NCBI GenBank assembly: GCA_030264375.1
Contig: JASCQW010000119.1
Coordinates: forward strand, 31,586,991 to 31,650,990
DNA: 64,000 nt
Source of the DNA: Carcharhinus longimanus
Lineage: Eukaryota
Reading direction: 5' to 3'
The notes under the pieces were generated by a model. The model searched no databases. It had not been told where the DNA came from and saw nothing but the letters and a program-made list of their open reading frames with translations. Below, one piece after another: positions 24,775-37,300 of the stretch. The translations under genes were made by a program, and so were the position numbers. Within the stretch, counting starts at the first letter, position 1, and the number at the start of each line of letters is the position of its first letter.

Positions 24775-27221
24775 CAATAACATATAGAGGAGAAATTTTT
24801 TAATACTCAAGATGCTTAACAAATGTCTTCGTTAGACCCAATACATATCCAAGGAGAAAACAGACAAATTAACATTTCCGATGTGGATTCTTCACTAGAA
24901 CTGAAGGATCCACACAAAACATTAGCTGGTCCATTCTTGACACACATTCTACTTCACCGAAGTGTTAACCATTTTCTGATTCTGCGGAAACTACGACTTC
25001 TACTTTTGTTCTCCAGCAGGAAATATTTGCACTTTTTGCATTTGTTTTGTCATAAGGGATTATAATGACCACTACATAGATATTTTACCTGAGCAATTGT
25101 TAGATCTCTCCTAATACTTTGGATAGTTGCATGATGAGCAAATACTTACATGAATACCAGCCATTGGGTTTTATGTGCTTAACACAATACTGTTATACAG
25201 TAGGTAGAAACAATTTGTAGAAGATTTAGAGCTTTTGAATATCAAGATATATGAAGAGAGTTGAATATTAGAGGGCTGAACTATACCCAGTTATTCCCAT
25301 TTATGAAGTGGTACTAGGAAACTGGCAGCTGAGTGAACAAACAGAAAAAAGGATGTCACATCATTTGGTCTTGCTTACAATGGCTACATATTACACTGAT
25401 GAGTCATGAGGCCAGAGTTTTCAGGTGGAGTGCAATGCTATGGGGAAGCTATGCATAGTTTTGGACCAACAAGAGCTTAATTGTTCAAAGGGAGAGCAAG
25501 ATGGCTCTGTGCAAAATACAGAATATAGAAGGGATGATGTATGGTAGTGAATAAAGTATAGGGTCAATAAAAGGAAAATACACATGCTGGGTTTATAACT
25601 TTGAGGCATACAGGATGAAAATGACTGACAGGTACTTTCTTAAATAGACTTCAATTAAAGTGTGAATTTTGTAATAAACTGAAATGAAGTTATTTCTAGA
25701 GCAGTTGTGAAATCAAAACCCTTTTCATAAATTCAGATGGAACTCAGTGCTTCCCAAATAATGGTAACAAAGGCAGAAGCATCACAAAATGACTCTTGGG
25801 GGCCAATGATGCATCTGTTCAAATTAGTCTTGCATGTCTGCATACAGCTTTGAAATACCGCCAGAAGTGCAATCCTGGGGGTTTACAGATCACAGCTATA
25901 AAAATCATTTCATTCAAATAAAATCTGGCAAACTGATTTTATATTAGTCCAACATTAATTCAAACTCTGGTAAACTACCATCTATGAACCATCTCCCAGG
26001 TTACACTGCTAAATCCAACCTTCTTATTCTGCTGCCAATCTGAGACCAGTAAAAATAACCTAAGCTTGCAAATGTATCCCAGAATAAAAAGGGCCCAAAT
26101 CCAATAGGATAACCACCAGAGGCACATTTACTGACACCATCCCCAGGAATCTGAATTAGAACACACAAAAATCAACTTTAAAAAACAAAACACCACCATT
26201 ATTGAAGGCATTAAGCAGTTCAACTCCACAAAAAAATTTCGTCATGGAATTTTCAATTTCCTAATGGAAATTTCAATTTCCCCACTTGGCAAACCTTTTG
26301 CTGAGTGAAATTTTAACAAACTGACAGCAACAACTATTCAACAAACAGCAGAGCACCTTGAAATGATTTAAAAAGAAACATGGCCAAAGCACAATAGTTC
26401 TTTCCTCCCCACCCAAGCAAGATTATCACACACTTATGTATCACAAATGGAATGGTTTCCTGGCAGTTGGAAACTGGGGCTGCTTCTGTGGATACATTTT
26501 CTAACAAAAGGTCATAGCACAATGCAGTAACTAGACTAGAGATTAACTATCTTTTTGAAAATTGCAGTTTAAAAAATGGCATAAAAGAATGACTAGAGTA
26601 ACAATATTGAAAAGTCAGTTCACATAAATACTAGCATTAAGAGGAAAAATTCTTCCATTGTACTACAGAACTGTTACTGCAAAATTGCTGCAGTGATGAT
26701 AATCATATGACCAATTAACTTGGATTGTAAACATGCCAACTAGTTTATTTTTTTTAAATGCTCATCTAACATTCCAAAGGACTTTGAACATGGGCTGTAC
26801 AATGACTACAAAGACATAACCCACTGCTGCTTATTAATTTATTACAAGAACACAAANNNNNNNNAATAAAAATTGTAGACAAATTATGACACTGGATCAA
26901 CCTTGTTCAGCTCAAATCCTCTGGCTCACTCAGAGATCCATTACACCTACCTGCACAACAAGTCTGAACACCTCTTGTCAAATGAACTCGGAATTGAACA
27001 GCACACAAACAATGCCACTCCATCTACAATCAGTTTTTTTTTTAAATGGGTAGCACAAAATGCAATATCAGCCTGCTGCATGTGGTTCTGCATGTTAGAG
27101 GAGCACCATAAAAGATGCTCCTACACATGCAATAATGGTTCACTGGGCAGTTCAAAACCTCAGACAGCACAAAGGTATTTCCATAAAACAAGGAAGGGAA
27201 TAGATAGGAAGAGAGCTCATA

Positions 27222-27466
27222 TATAGAATCCCTATAGTGCAGGTGGAGACCATTCAGCCCACAACGACAATCCCAATCAAGCCCAATCCTTGCTAATTCC
27301 CTTGACGCAAAGGGCCATTTACCAATCCACTTACCTAGTGCATCCAGAGGCAACCCACGCAGTCACGGGGAGAATGGGTCACTGTCTGTTTGGAGTTTGC
27401 ATAAAGCCAGAATGGGACTCAGGTTCTTGGTGCTGTGATGTAGCAGTCCTAACCCCTCTGCTGCCC
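27222..27466 (-). mobile_element. Degenerate V-SINE (HE1-like), tail type 1
   Basis: atagaatccctatagtgcag..cattcagccc tail, aacccacgcagtcacggggagaa V-domain and a decayed tRNA head. Confidence 0.75.
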
Positions 27467-28844
27467 TTAATTTTAAGAGACTGCAATGGCTGGGAATCCA
27501 GCCTGGGTCAACTGTTTGGGAGGCACCTATGCTCACTATTATAGCATCATCACTTATATAGTTCAGTTGCTTTAAACTGAAATCCTCAAAACAAAAACAA
27601 TTTTGAGTGGTAGAAATTTAAGAGGATTAAATGGCAATGCAAAACTGGGTCCTAAAAACTGAAAAGTGACTTAAATGCCCCATTTGCTGCAGCTTATTTA
27701 ACATAATTTGAAGTCTTATGCCCTGTCNNNNNNNNNNNNNNNNNNNNNNAATTAAGCAGAGAGATATTAAATTTTCTTACAGAAAACTACAAACTAAATT
27801 CCAAATTCCTGCCACAATTTCAAAACACAGCTTCAAAAGTTTTAAAAATTGTATCATGGAATACTTTACAAATGCTTAATGCAACTGCCTCAAAACTCCT
27901 TTGTTCACCAGTTTAAATAGTTCATCATTTGTTAAAAGATATCTGAAGTGTCAATAGTACACAGCAGAATATCCAGGCTCAGAATGACTAGTCTGAAGGA
28001 TTCAAGGCACTCAATTATGTTAGATGAGATTAAAGAGCAGTTCGCCACTAAAGTTTATCTTTAACAATATATCAAATTCAATTTCCAAGCAAGTTACTTG
28101 ATTTAAATATTTCAATGAATGTCTTCAAAGAATCTAGAATTTATTGCACATGAAACAAAAAAGCTAATGATTTAAAACAGGAAGCTGCAGTTTTAAAATT
28201 TGAATTCCCTGGTCCTTAACATACATTCTTCTTCTCTCACCACTTTTTATGAAACAATGTTAAGTGCTCACTTGGTGGTTGAGCTAGTTTTTCCAAATGA
28301 CTAAGTGAGATGGCAATAAGGGACAACTAACTAATGAGTTCTGGAAAGAAAAAGTTATGAGTTTCCACCCCAACAACGATCAACAGGTTACATGATGCTT
28401 CTAAAACATCATGGCCTAATTCAATCCGAGGTTCACCACACACAAAATGCAAAAGAAGCTAACAAATCATGTGTGGAAGCACTGCCCCACACTCTCTCTC
28501 ATGCAACAGCTAAACCAGACTCTTACAATAGAGCCCCAACTAAGATTAACTAACTTAGTACACAAACCGTACAGTTCAATACCACAACAGAATGCACACA
28601 AAATGAGCCACTGAGAAACTTATTAATTTCAACACAAACATACTGTATAAATAGAAGGTAGTGGCAAGAAAAGGCAGGATAGAGTAAATCAACTCTCAAT
28701 TGAAGTACAAAAGCCATAAACTCAAGAACAGCATGTGTACATATTTAATTACTATCCCACTCCTGAAACATTGAGCTATAGAAGTATTTACACTTGTTTT
28801 CTGCTCCTGCACTGTTGTGGAAACGCCAAGTTTCTCAAGTGATG

Positions 28845-29115
28845 CTTGGAGTTCAAATTCCACAATTAAGTGACAATTTTAATTTTTAAAAAAACTGGAA
28901 AAAACATAAGTGACCCTGAAGCTACTGGCTTGCTGTAAAAGAAATCAGCTAGTTCATTATAGCCCTTCAGGGGAGGAAACCTGCTGCCCTTATCTAGCCT
29001 GGTCTTTGTGAATCCTGTCCTAGACCAACATGGTTCACGTGCAACTTTGCGCTGAAGTGGCCTAGCAAGACACTCCACTGGTCACCTTGAAGAAACTAGA
29101 AAATGGACAATGTCA
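28845..29115 (+). mobile_element. Degenerate tRNA-derived SINE of a third family (possibly MetaSINE-like)
   Basis: gagttcaaattcc B-box, then gttcattatagcccttcagggaggaaacctgctgccctta..gaagtggcctagcaagacactc. A reverse fragment of the same family lies at ~54481-54585. The family name is from memory only. Confidence 0.5.
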
Positions 29116-30476
29116 TCCTCTCACTTTACAGCAAAAGGAGTTGGCCCAATCTTTATTTATAGTAGGAGTTTTCAAATCAAAACAAAAAAAGTGTACCAAC
29201 ATAGACTAGGGAGTAGCCAGCAACAACTAACCTGAAACACCACTCAAATTTTTGGTAAAAAAGTTTGAACTGTAATATCTAGACAGATGCAAAATAATGG
29301 AAATATTGCATACTGTTCAGTCAAGTGGTAGAAGGCTCATTAAGAACTCCCACTGAACAACCTAAATAAATCAAAATAATAAAACAATCCAGACTTATTT
29401 AAAGTTCCAAGAATATCTGTATCTTCAAAATTTTACATTGCACACCAACTCCAACATCCTGGTACTTTTGTTTCGTACAGTACAAGGATGAAGTACACTG
29501 AAGTCACTACTCCATATAACAGTATATGAGAAATCTCTAAATGCTGTATCTATTCTTTCTGCTGAGTTTTCAGCTGTCAAAGGCTTAAATTTACAAGAAC
29601 ATCACATTGAAATGCATGCATCAGGGTTACCCACACAGAGGCCAAAACCACCCTGCACCCCACCCTCCCCCTCAAGTTTCACCAGTTTCTTTATTATCCA
29701 GAAATTGGCAAGTTATGGAAAGAAGCCTGAGACACATGCAACACCATATTGGAGTGCCTCAGCAAGTGCAGATGCAACTGCTAACAAGACTGAAAAGTAT
29801 TGGACAATTCCAAAATCAATTACCAGAGAATGCGAGCTATATCTTCTGTAGCTTGCCAGAGATATCAAGTCTTGCATATCAAAGTTAAAGTTCAGAGCCA
29901 GATGCAACTGCTACACATATATATGTGTTAAATTATTTGGGACGTGGATAATGGGAGGAAGGGGGAATTAAAATGAATTCCTTCCTGTACCTCAAGCACA
30001 CGTGCTTGCAAATCAAACCAAGGATGGCACGCATGCAGACACAGTCTAGGCTAGACATGAAAAAAAAAATCAACCACAGCAGAGAAAATCATACATATGA
30101 ATTGCTTGTATAATCAGACTCACCGATTTAAATTCTGGACTCTATTCAATTTTCATCAGCATTCGGGATTAAGAACTTCAGCTGTGCTATGCATCCATGT
30201 TTCCTAAAACAGGCCTCAATTACCCTAAATCAAAAGCACAGGACTGGTTAGACGTGTTACTGCCACACCCTGTTGCAATATACTGTGATGAGAAAGTACA
30301 TCCATAAATGTGCTATTTAGGATGCAAACTTTGTGCTAACCATCGTATACGTATGAATCATTGCACTGATTACACATTGCAACATAATACTATTCCATTT
30401 ATTCAAGGTCAAATGTACAAACAGGAAATCAGTAAAAGACTAACAAATTTTCAATAAAACAAAAATCACTTATCCA

Positions 30477-30648
30477 ACTACAGAAAATGCTAGAAAATCA
30501 CAACAAGTCTGACAGCATCTGAGGAGAGGACAGAGCAAACATCAAGTCTGAACGATTCTGCATCAGAGCTCTGACAAAGTCATCCAGCAACCTGCTGAGA
30601 TTTTCCAGCATTTTTTGTTTCAGATTCCAGCATCTATTGCTTTATTAT
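30477..30648. mobile_element. Short palindromic hammerhead-type element (family A) with a 12-bp TSD
   Basis: Direct repeat atcacttatcca at 30465-30476 and 30649-30660; axis tcagagctctga at 30563-30574. Confidence 0.85.
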
Positions 30649-31529
30649 ATCACTTATCCACTTGGCCATCAACAACTCAACCAGCAGAGCTCTTCACAAT
30701 CCTTAAGTGTTCACTTCAATACAACACAAAATTAATATGCTCTCAATTACCTGCATTCTATATTTGCAGCAATCCTGATGCCCATAAATAAAATGCACAT
30801 CTCACACAGACTAAGAGGTGACTCAAATCCAATTCTCAATGTGTAGAGATTGCTCTTCTCAGAGAGAGAGAGACAGTGCGAGAAAGAAAAGAGGATTTCA
30901 GATTGGTATCTTATTCCTGATTGCACAAATTGATGCTCAGTTGAGATCTATCCCTCTCCTACAAAATGAAAGATCAGGAAGAAGTCATTTACGCAAGACA
31001 TCATGGAGCGTTACTATTAGCACTCATGAAACTGCAACTTACTTAGATCAACACTTTCAGATGAGTAAAGAAATTGACAGAATATACATATAATTCATTT
31101 CTCTTATTTTATTAGTCACATTTACAGTATTTCCCAAGTTACCAAAAAATCCCAATTATGCCTGATATGTACCAGAAGGAGCCAATGTCTAGTTTGTACA
31201 ATTCATATCAGATCTTTGTAGAGGCAGACTACCTTAGCTTCTCCTGAAGGCTCTGAAGTTATGAGCACAACTTCATTTGAACGTGGCAAATATTCACAGT
31301 AGTGTCAGCAAGTCATCAGATTATAGACAGGATCATAATCAAGTCCTTTCTGGTATCCCCACACACCTACACCAGTCAAGAGAAAGAAACTTGCCCAATT
31401 TCCTTTCCCCTACCCAATCATCCTAGCTAAATGCCATGCAATGCATGAGGATGCCTTTGTTGTAGGGAGCAGTTAAATAAATCATAGAATTGAAATTAAA
31501 CTTAGCAATCATGTATATTTTGGTATCAC

Positions 31530-32335
31530 ACCATATGGTAAATGTGAGTTAATGCATTTTGGAAGATCTAATACAGATTGGAAATATAAAATAAGTGGCA
31601 GAACCCTTAAGAGTATTGATGGGCAGAGGAATCTAGGTGTACAGGTATATGGGTCACTGAAAGTGTCACAGGTGGAGAAGGTAGTCAAGGTGGCATTTGG
31701 CATGCTTAACTTCATCAGCTGGGGCAATGAGTTTAAAAATTGGCAAGTCATGTTGCAGCTTTATAGAACTTTAGTTAGGCTGCACTTGGAACAGTGTTCA
31801 ATTCTGGTCACCACACTACTAGAAGGATAAATGGAGGCTTTGGAGAGGGTACAGAAAAGATTTATTAGAATGTTGTCTGGTATGGAGGGCATTAGCTATG
31901 AGAGATTGGAGAAACTTGGTTCTCGCTGGAACAAAGGTTGAGGGGCAACCTGACAGAAGTCTACAAGATTGAGGGACATGGACAGAGCTTTTTCCCCTGG
32001 GTAGAAAAGTCAATTACCAGGAGGCACAGGTTTAAGGTGCAAGGGGCAAGGTTTAAAAAGCCATTACGAGGCAGGTTTTTTTCCCCTGTTTTTACAGAGG
32101 GCAGTGGGTGCCTGGAACTCGCTGCCGGGGAAGCAGATATGGTACGACTGAAGGGGCGNNNNNNNNNNNNNNNNNNNNNNNNNNNNNNNNNNNNNNNNNN
32201 NNNNNNNNNNNNNNNNNNNNNNNNNNNNNNNNNGTCCCTGGAAGAGTTAGGGGGTGTTTTAATTCAGTCAGGCAGCATGGTCAATGCATCCTTGGAGGAC
32301 CAAAGGGCCTGCTCCTGTGCTGTAATTTTGTTTTA
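31530..32335 (+). mobile_element. CR1 LINE 3' portion
   Basis: MHFGRSN..QRNLGVQV..VMLQLYRTLVRLHLEQC and RGNLTEVYKI; 3' end ggaccaaagggcctgctcctgtgctgtaa. Confidence 0.9.
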
Positions 32336-34229
32336 TTCACCTTGAGAGCCACAAGCACTCACTGGATTGGCAAACACATTCACCTTTTGAGTTTCTATAC
32401 AGCAATCACTCCGACCTTTCCTATATTTCACAATGTTTGGAAACATACACATACTACAGCATGACATTCCGTCAAAACAATTATTAAAAAAATCCACCAC
32501 AAATGTAACTCCAAAGTTGCTAAATTCAAATCAATCTTTCATTCCACTTATTTTTATTATTAGACAATTTTGTTTGTACTGAAAACAGCACACAAAACAA
32601 CAGGTTAAAAACTGCAAAGATTACAGTTGTGTGTGTTTGTTTTTGCTGTCTGTGAAAACGCCACAAACAACTCAAGGATTCATCCCACCAATGCAATAAA
32701 AAGCCTAAGAATGGCCATTTTTCTGTAAAGTCATTAAATAATTTTACTACCATAATAGTGAAGCAACTCTCTCAGCCTTGTAATGAACACCCAGAATGCC
32801 AGCCAGAGTCTGTTTACTCCCAACTCTCAGTAGCAGCAGGATGCCCAAGATAGCTCAAGATATTAAATGAAACAGTGAAAAGCTTATGAACACAATAGGT
32901 TAGACTGGATCACATTGCATTATACTCAATTAACAAGGGCAACTAAGTGTAGCTCAACCTGTATTTGCTCCAGGCCTGTGAAATGACCCTTCTGTATTAG
33001 AAGTACAGAATAGTTTCTATAGGAGCATGGGGAAAATGTATCACACTCCTGCCCACAGGTAGTTTGACCACAGGTTTGTTTGCATTACATCAGTTCCAGC
33101 TGTTATACTACAACCAGCACACTGAACACAAAGGCAGTCCTTTACATGAATGAAAGTTTGATCAGAAGCAACAAAACGTCAGTTACCCATGAACAAGTAA
33201 ACATTGGCATTTCTATGCCAGTACCAGCATATTCCAACAATGTTCACACCAGTTGTTACAGCCTTACAACAATAATTATCCAGTCACCCATCCTCCATGA
33301 TAAGTCTGTCATTAATGTACATCCTTCCAGTCAGCTTTTTGGAAGGCCAGAGAAAATTTTCTACAAGAAATGTAATTTATAAAGAAGCACCAAGCTTGCT
33401 GCTTAACCTTGAAACAACATCATCATTCTTTTGGACTTTGTATCTAATTGTAGCAAATGTTAGGCATAGCCAAAAGTAGACAGATGCTTAAATAATTATT
33501 TAAAATGCTGGCATTGATTAAACTATGACAGTCAAATCTCCAACTACATCTGTGATTCTGCCGATATTAGCTTGGAGCCTACACTTCAAAGCTGGTTCAG
33601 AATTTACTGAAGTATTAACTATAACAAAGTATTAACTACTAACTATAGTGAACACAACAGCTTAATATTCATTTGTGTAATATATATTCAGTATACATTA
33701 GGGACAGGCAACAAATGCTGGTCTTGTCAGCAACATCCACACAGAAACCAGATAAATGGACTTGAACACGTGTCCACAGATAGCCAAATTCATCTCTCAA
33801 GTCTGAATTACTCAGGCCATTCAGAAATACTGTCAGTAGGTACAAGTATAACCAAATTTTATAAGGAATGATTATATTTATGTTAGTTCAGTCATTCAGA
33901 AGAAGATGATTCAATACTCTGTCATCTTAGACAGTTTCTCAGCTGGTGTATTAGGAATGTTGCATCAGCCATAGTGCCTCTGGGCTGCTGAGGAAGGTAC
34001 AACCAGGGTCACAATTTCAGCTAGGATCTAGCAAGCCATTCTGGAATTACACATCAGGAGCAAATGGAATATAAAACCAGGTTTGGCTGTAACATCTTCC
34101 ATAAAACAAACAGTCTACTAAAGTCTTCACAACTAAGTCCATGATATTACAATAGAAGCTTGAAACTTGGATTCATTGCAAACCTACAAAGATAAGCAGG
34201 AGCACTCAAGTTTGAAGACTGCCCAAATT

Positions 34230-34318
34230 AAAACTAAAACAGGAAATGCTGGAAAAAACTCAGCAGGTGTGGCAGTGGAGACAAACAAATCTGTGGGTCC
34301 ACATGACTGTTCTTCATA
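34230..34318. mobile_element. Decayed single arm of a family A element
   Basis: aaaacaggaaatgctggaaaaaactcagcaggtgtggcag. Confidence 0.55.
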
Positions 34319-37300
34319 TTTTAAAAAACATGTTTCATCAAAATAGTTGTCAAAAATAGTTTGACCTATAATGCCAATTGCTTATTTCAGTCTTCAGGAA
34401 ACTGCTTTTATCTTGGTAAAATGATTTACTTTAGCTATCATAATTTTGCTCAATCCCCATCAAGATCACAACTGTACGTAGTTCCTGAATATTACTGAGG
34501 CTGCAAAGAGAAAGCTATCTGAGGGAGCAAACTGCTATACTTCAGGAAATAAAAATATTATAGTTGACAATATCTGAAATTGAAGATCAAAGAACAGGAG
34601 AGGAAGTTGCTATCAAGGCAGCAAGGGAAGTTTAAGTAACTTAAACCTACAATGCCACTGCAAACGGATGAGATGGTGCAAGTGTAAAGGTACAAAGCAT
34701 GATAACATTTGCTGGTTTAGTGGCATTTAACTGCTGATTTGAGAAAAATCACCTGACAACATTTACTACAATTCTGTGGTCACATCTGCAGGTTTACTGC
34801 TCATACGTATACAAATAAAAGGTACTCAGAAAATACACAAAAAATGTTTGATGCAGAATTATGCACCCAAGACCATCTGGGTTTCCTTTTGTATATTGTA
34901 CGATAAATGCCATTTCAAGACAACCACTGGAGCTATTGAGTTACCAGAACACAGTTTACTCAGCAGACTAACATTCTATTAAACACCAAAGCGCCAGCTC
35001 ATAGGAGGCTTGTTCAAAACTTCACTGAGCCTAGATTTTGTTGAAGTGGTCATGAGCACTGCATTATAAGCGTGTAGGACCCCACTTGCCCATTAACATA
35101 GCATTATATTAACAGCAGAATTCAGGGTGGGATCATTTTTCACTTGTACTGGTGCTTACTAATAACATTACCAAGACTGATTGCAGAGCAAGGTGCAATA
35201 GTGTTAATTAGGAGAAATATAAAAATTCATGGGATGTGGGTATTGCTGGCAAAACCAACATTTGCATCCCATCTCTAAATGCCCTTCAATAGGTGGCATC
35301 ATTATACAAGTACCATTTGTAAAAAAGGTGGCAAGATAGAACAATTACTGCATATGGACCAAAACTATTTCACAGATACTCATACTACTTTCAAATCAGC
35401 AGGAAAATGAATTGGTACCCAAAAAGATTCAGCAGCACCAAACAACGTTTGCTATTTATTTTAGACACACATTACCTGTACTTAAAAAAATCCACATTTA
35501 CAAGTAACTGCAGCATGGAGGTTTTAGATTTCAAGTTTCAGTTTGAACAAGTTTTACTGGAAATATTTCAAACATTTCTAGGAATATTGTTCAGAATGGG
35601 AGACAGAAACAAATGAAATTTCAGCTTGCTTTTTTTGCCAATTTTTCTCCCTCCCCCACACAATTCACACCCTCTCCTCTGAAGGCACTGGCTTCTGCTT
35701 GGGGTGCGTTTACACAGAAGTATGGCTGTCAGGAACAACTTGTTCAAGTATCACAGTTGAATCCAATCCTATTCCTCACCCAACATCCACAAATGCATAC
35801 TTTCCAGCAAGGGTCATTGGATAGCATTAGGAAGTTATTTTCTCTTCCTTTACCAAAGGATGGCTCATCGAAACAGTGGCTTTACCAAATAAGTTAATGA
35901 GAGCAGCATCCACTATTGCTATTTAACATTTTAAATGCCAGACATGTACAGCTGTCCTCTTACCAAGATGGTTGAACTAAAATCACTAATTAACCTCACT
36001 CATTAACTAACAATCATCTTCACTTTATATGCATCTTGCAAATGTTTTGGCACCCTCCCATTTCACCTCCAGAAGATTCCACCACCCAGAATGTCACAGC
36101 AAGAATGAGCATTTTTATTTCATCTACTTTACATAGAAACATGCATAAAAATAGTTTAACGGATTATTTTCTTGTTCAACCTGTATGGTCATTCTACTAA
36201 TATAGAATAGGTGGGTGGGGTTACCTCATGTCTGTGATTATAAATTTCCTATTGTGTTATTTACAAAAATATATTTGCTGAAAGCATAGCAGTTACCCAG
36301 CATAAATGCATGATCAACCAAACCTTCAGAGTTTGACACTGCAGACATATTGTGCATACTGTATATTTATCAGCTGCTGTTTCAATCTGCTGGCAGCTAA
36401 AACACTAAATGGACACTTTTTAAAAAAAAATGTTAAAGCAAAGATTGACTGGAACACATAGTACAAGGTGAACTAGCACAAAGCAATAACATATCACAAC
36501 CAGCCACCAACTTCCTACAAAGAGACATATTGCTACAAAACAAGATTATCTAGAACTGTTAAAATGCTGCAACCGTCTTATGTCTCTAATTTAGGGAACT
36601 GTTTAAACTCAAACCACCCTATGCAGCACAGATGCATGTGTAATTTAAACATCAATGCAGTCTATTACCAGTAAAGACTTATCTAAATTTTCAATAAGTG
36701 TACGAAGCCATCAAGGTCACAATCCACAAGCCCAACAGGCAGTCTGACATGCCTAATGTGAAGGACAGATGTGGCTTTTAGTTTAACGGCACAACACAGG
36801 AGGCTGCCTGTATATCAAAAACAGTTCTGAAAAGAAGGGTGGGAAACAGCCACTAGCCTAGTAACCACTTTGACTTCTACAAAGCAGTCCACTAAATAAT
36901 AGCCTACTAAATTGGGTTTTTCAGAAATTTAAAGATATAAAAACATACATACACTTTAGATTGTAAAAGCAAGATGTCTGACAAAAAGAATCCATTTTCA
37001 AACCAAGCTTTCAACCAGAATGCATAAAATATTTTAAGTACATATGCCCCATATAAATAAAAGGACTATACTTTTCACAGGCAATGAAATTGACTCCATA
37101 CATTCCTCACTCTTTCACAAGTCTCACCTACACCAAAAGCTGATTTCTGTATCAAAATTATTTGCCACAAGATATCACAAAAACCAACTGTACTGGGCTA
37201 CAGTAACAAAGACCAGACTAAATGTGCATAAAACCACACCACAGAAAGCATACTTGTTTACCGTGCTGAAATGCATCCTGCTTTATGACTCAGACCATTT

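Noticed and set aside
30477-30648. Family A as a DNA-transposon MITE
   Set aside because: Arms are asymmetric, TSD length varies (11, 12, 15 bp) and the axis carries hammerhead motifs, which fits retroposition better.
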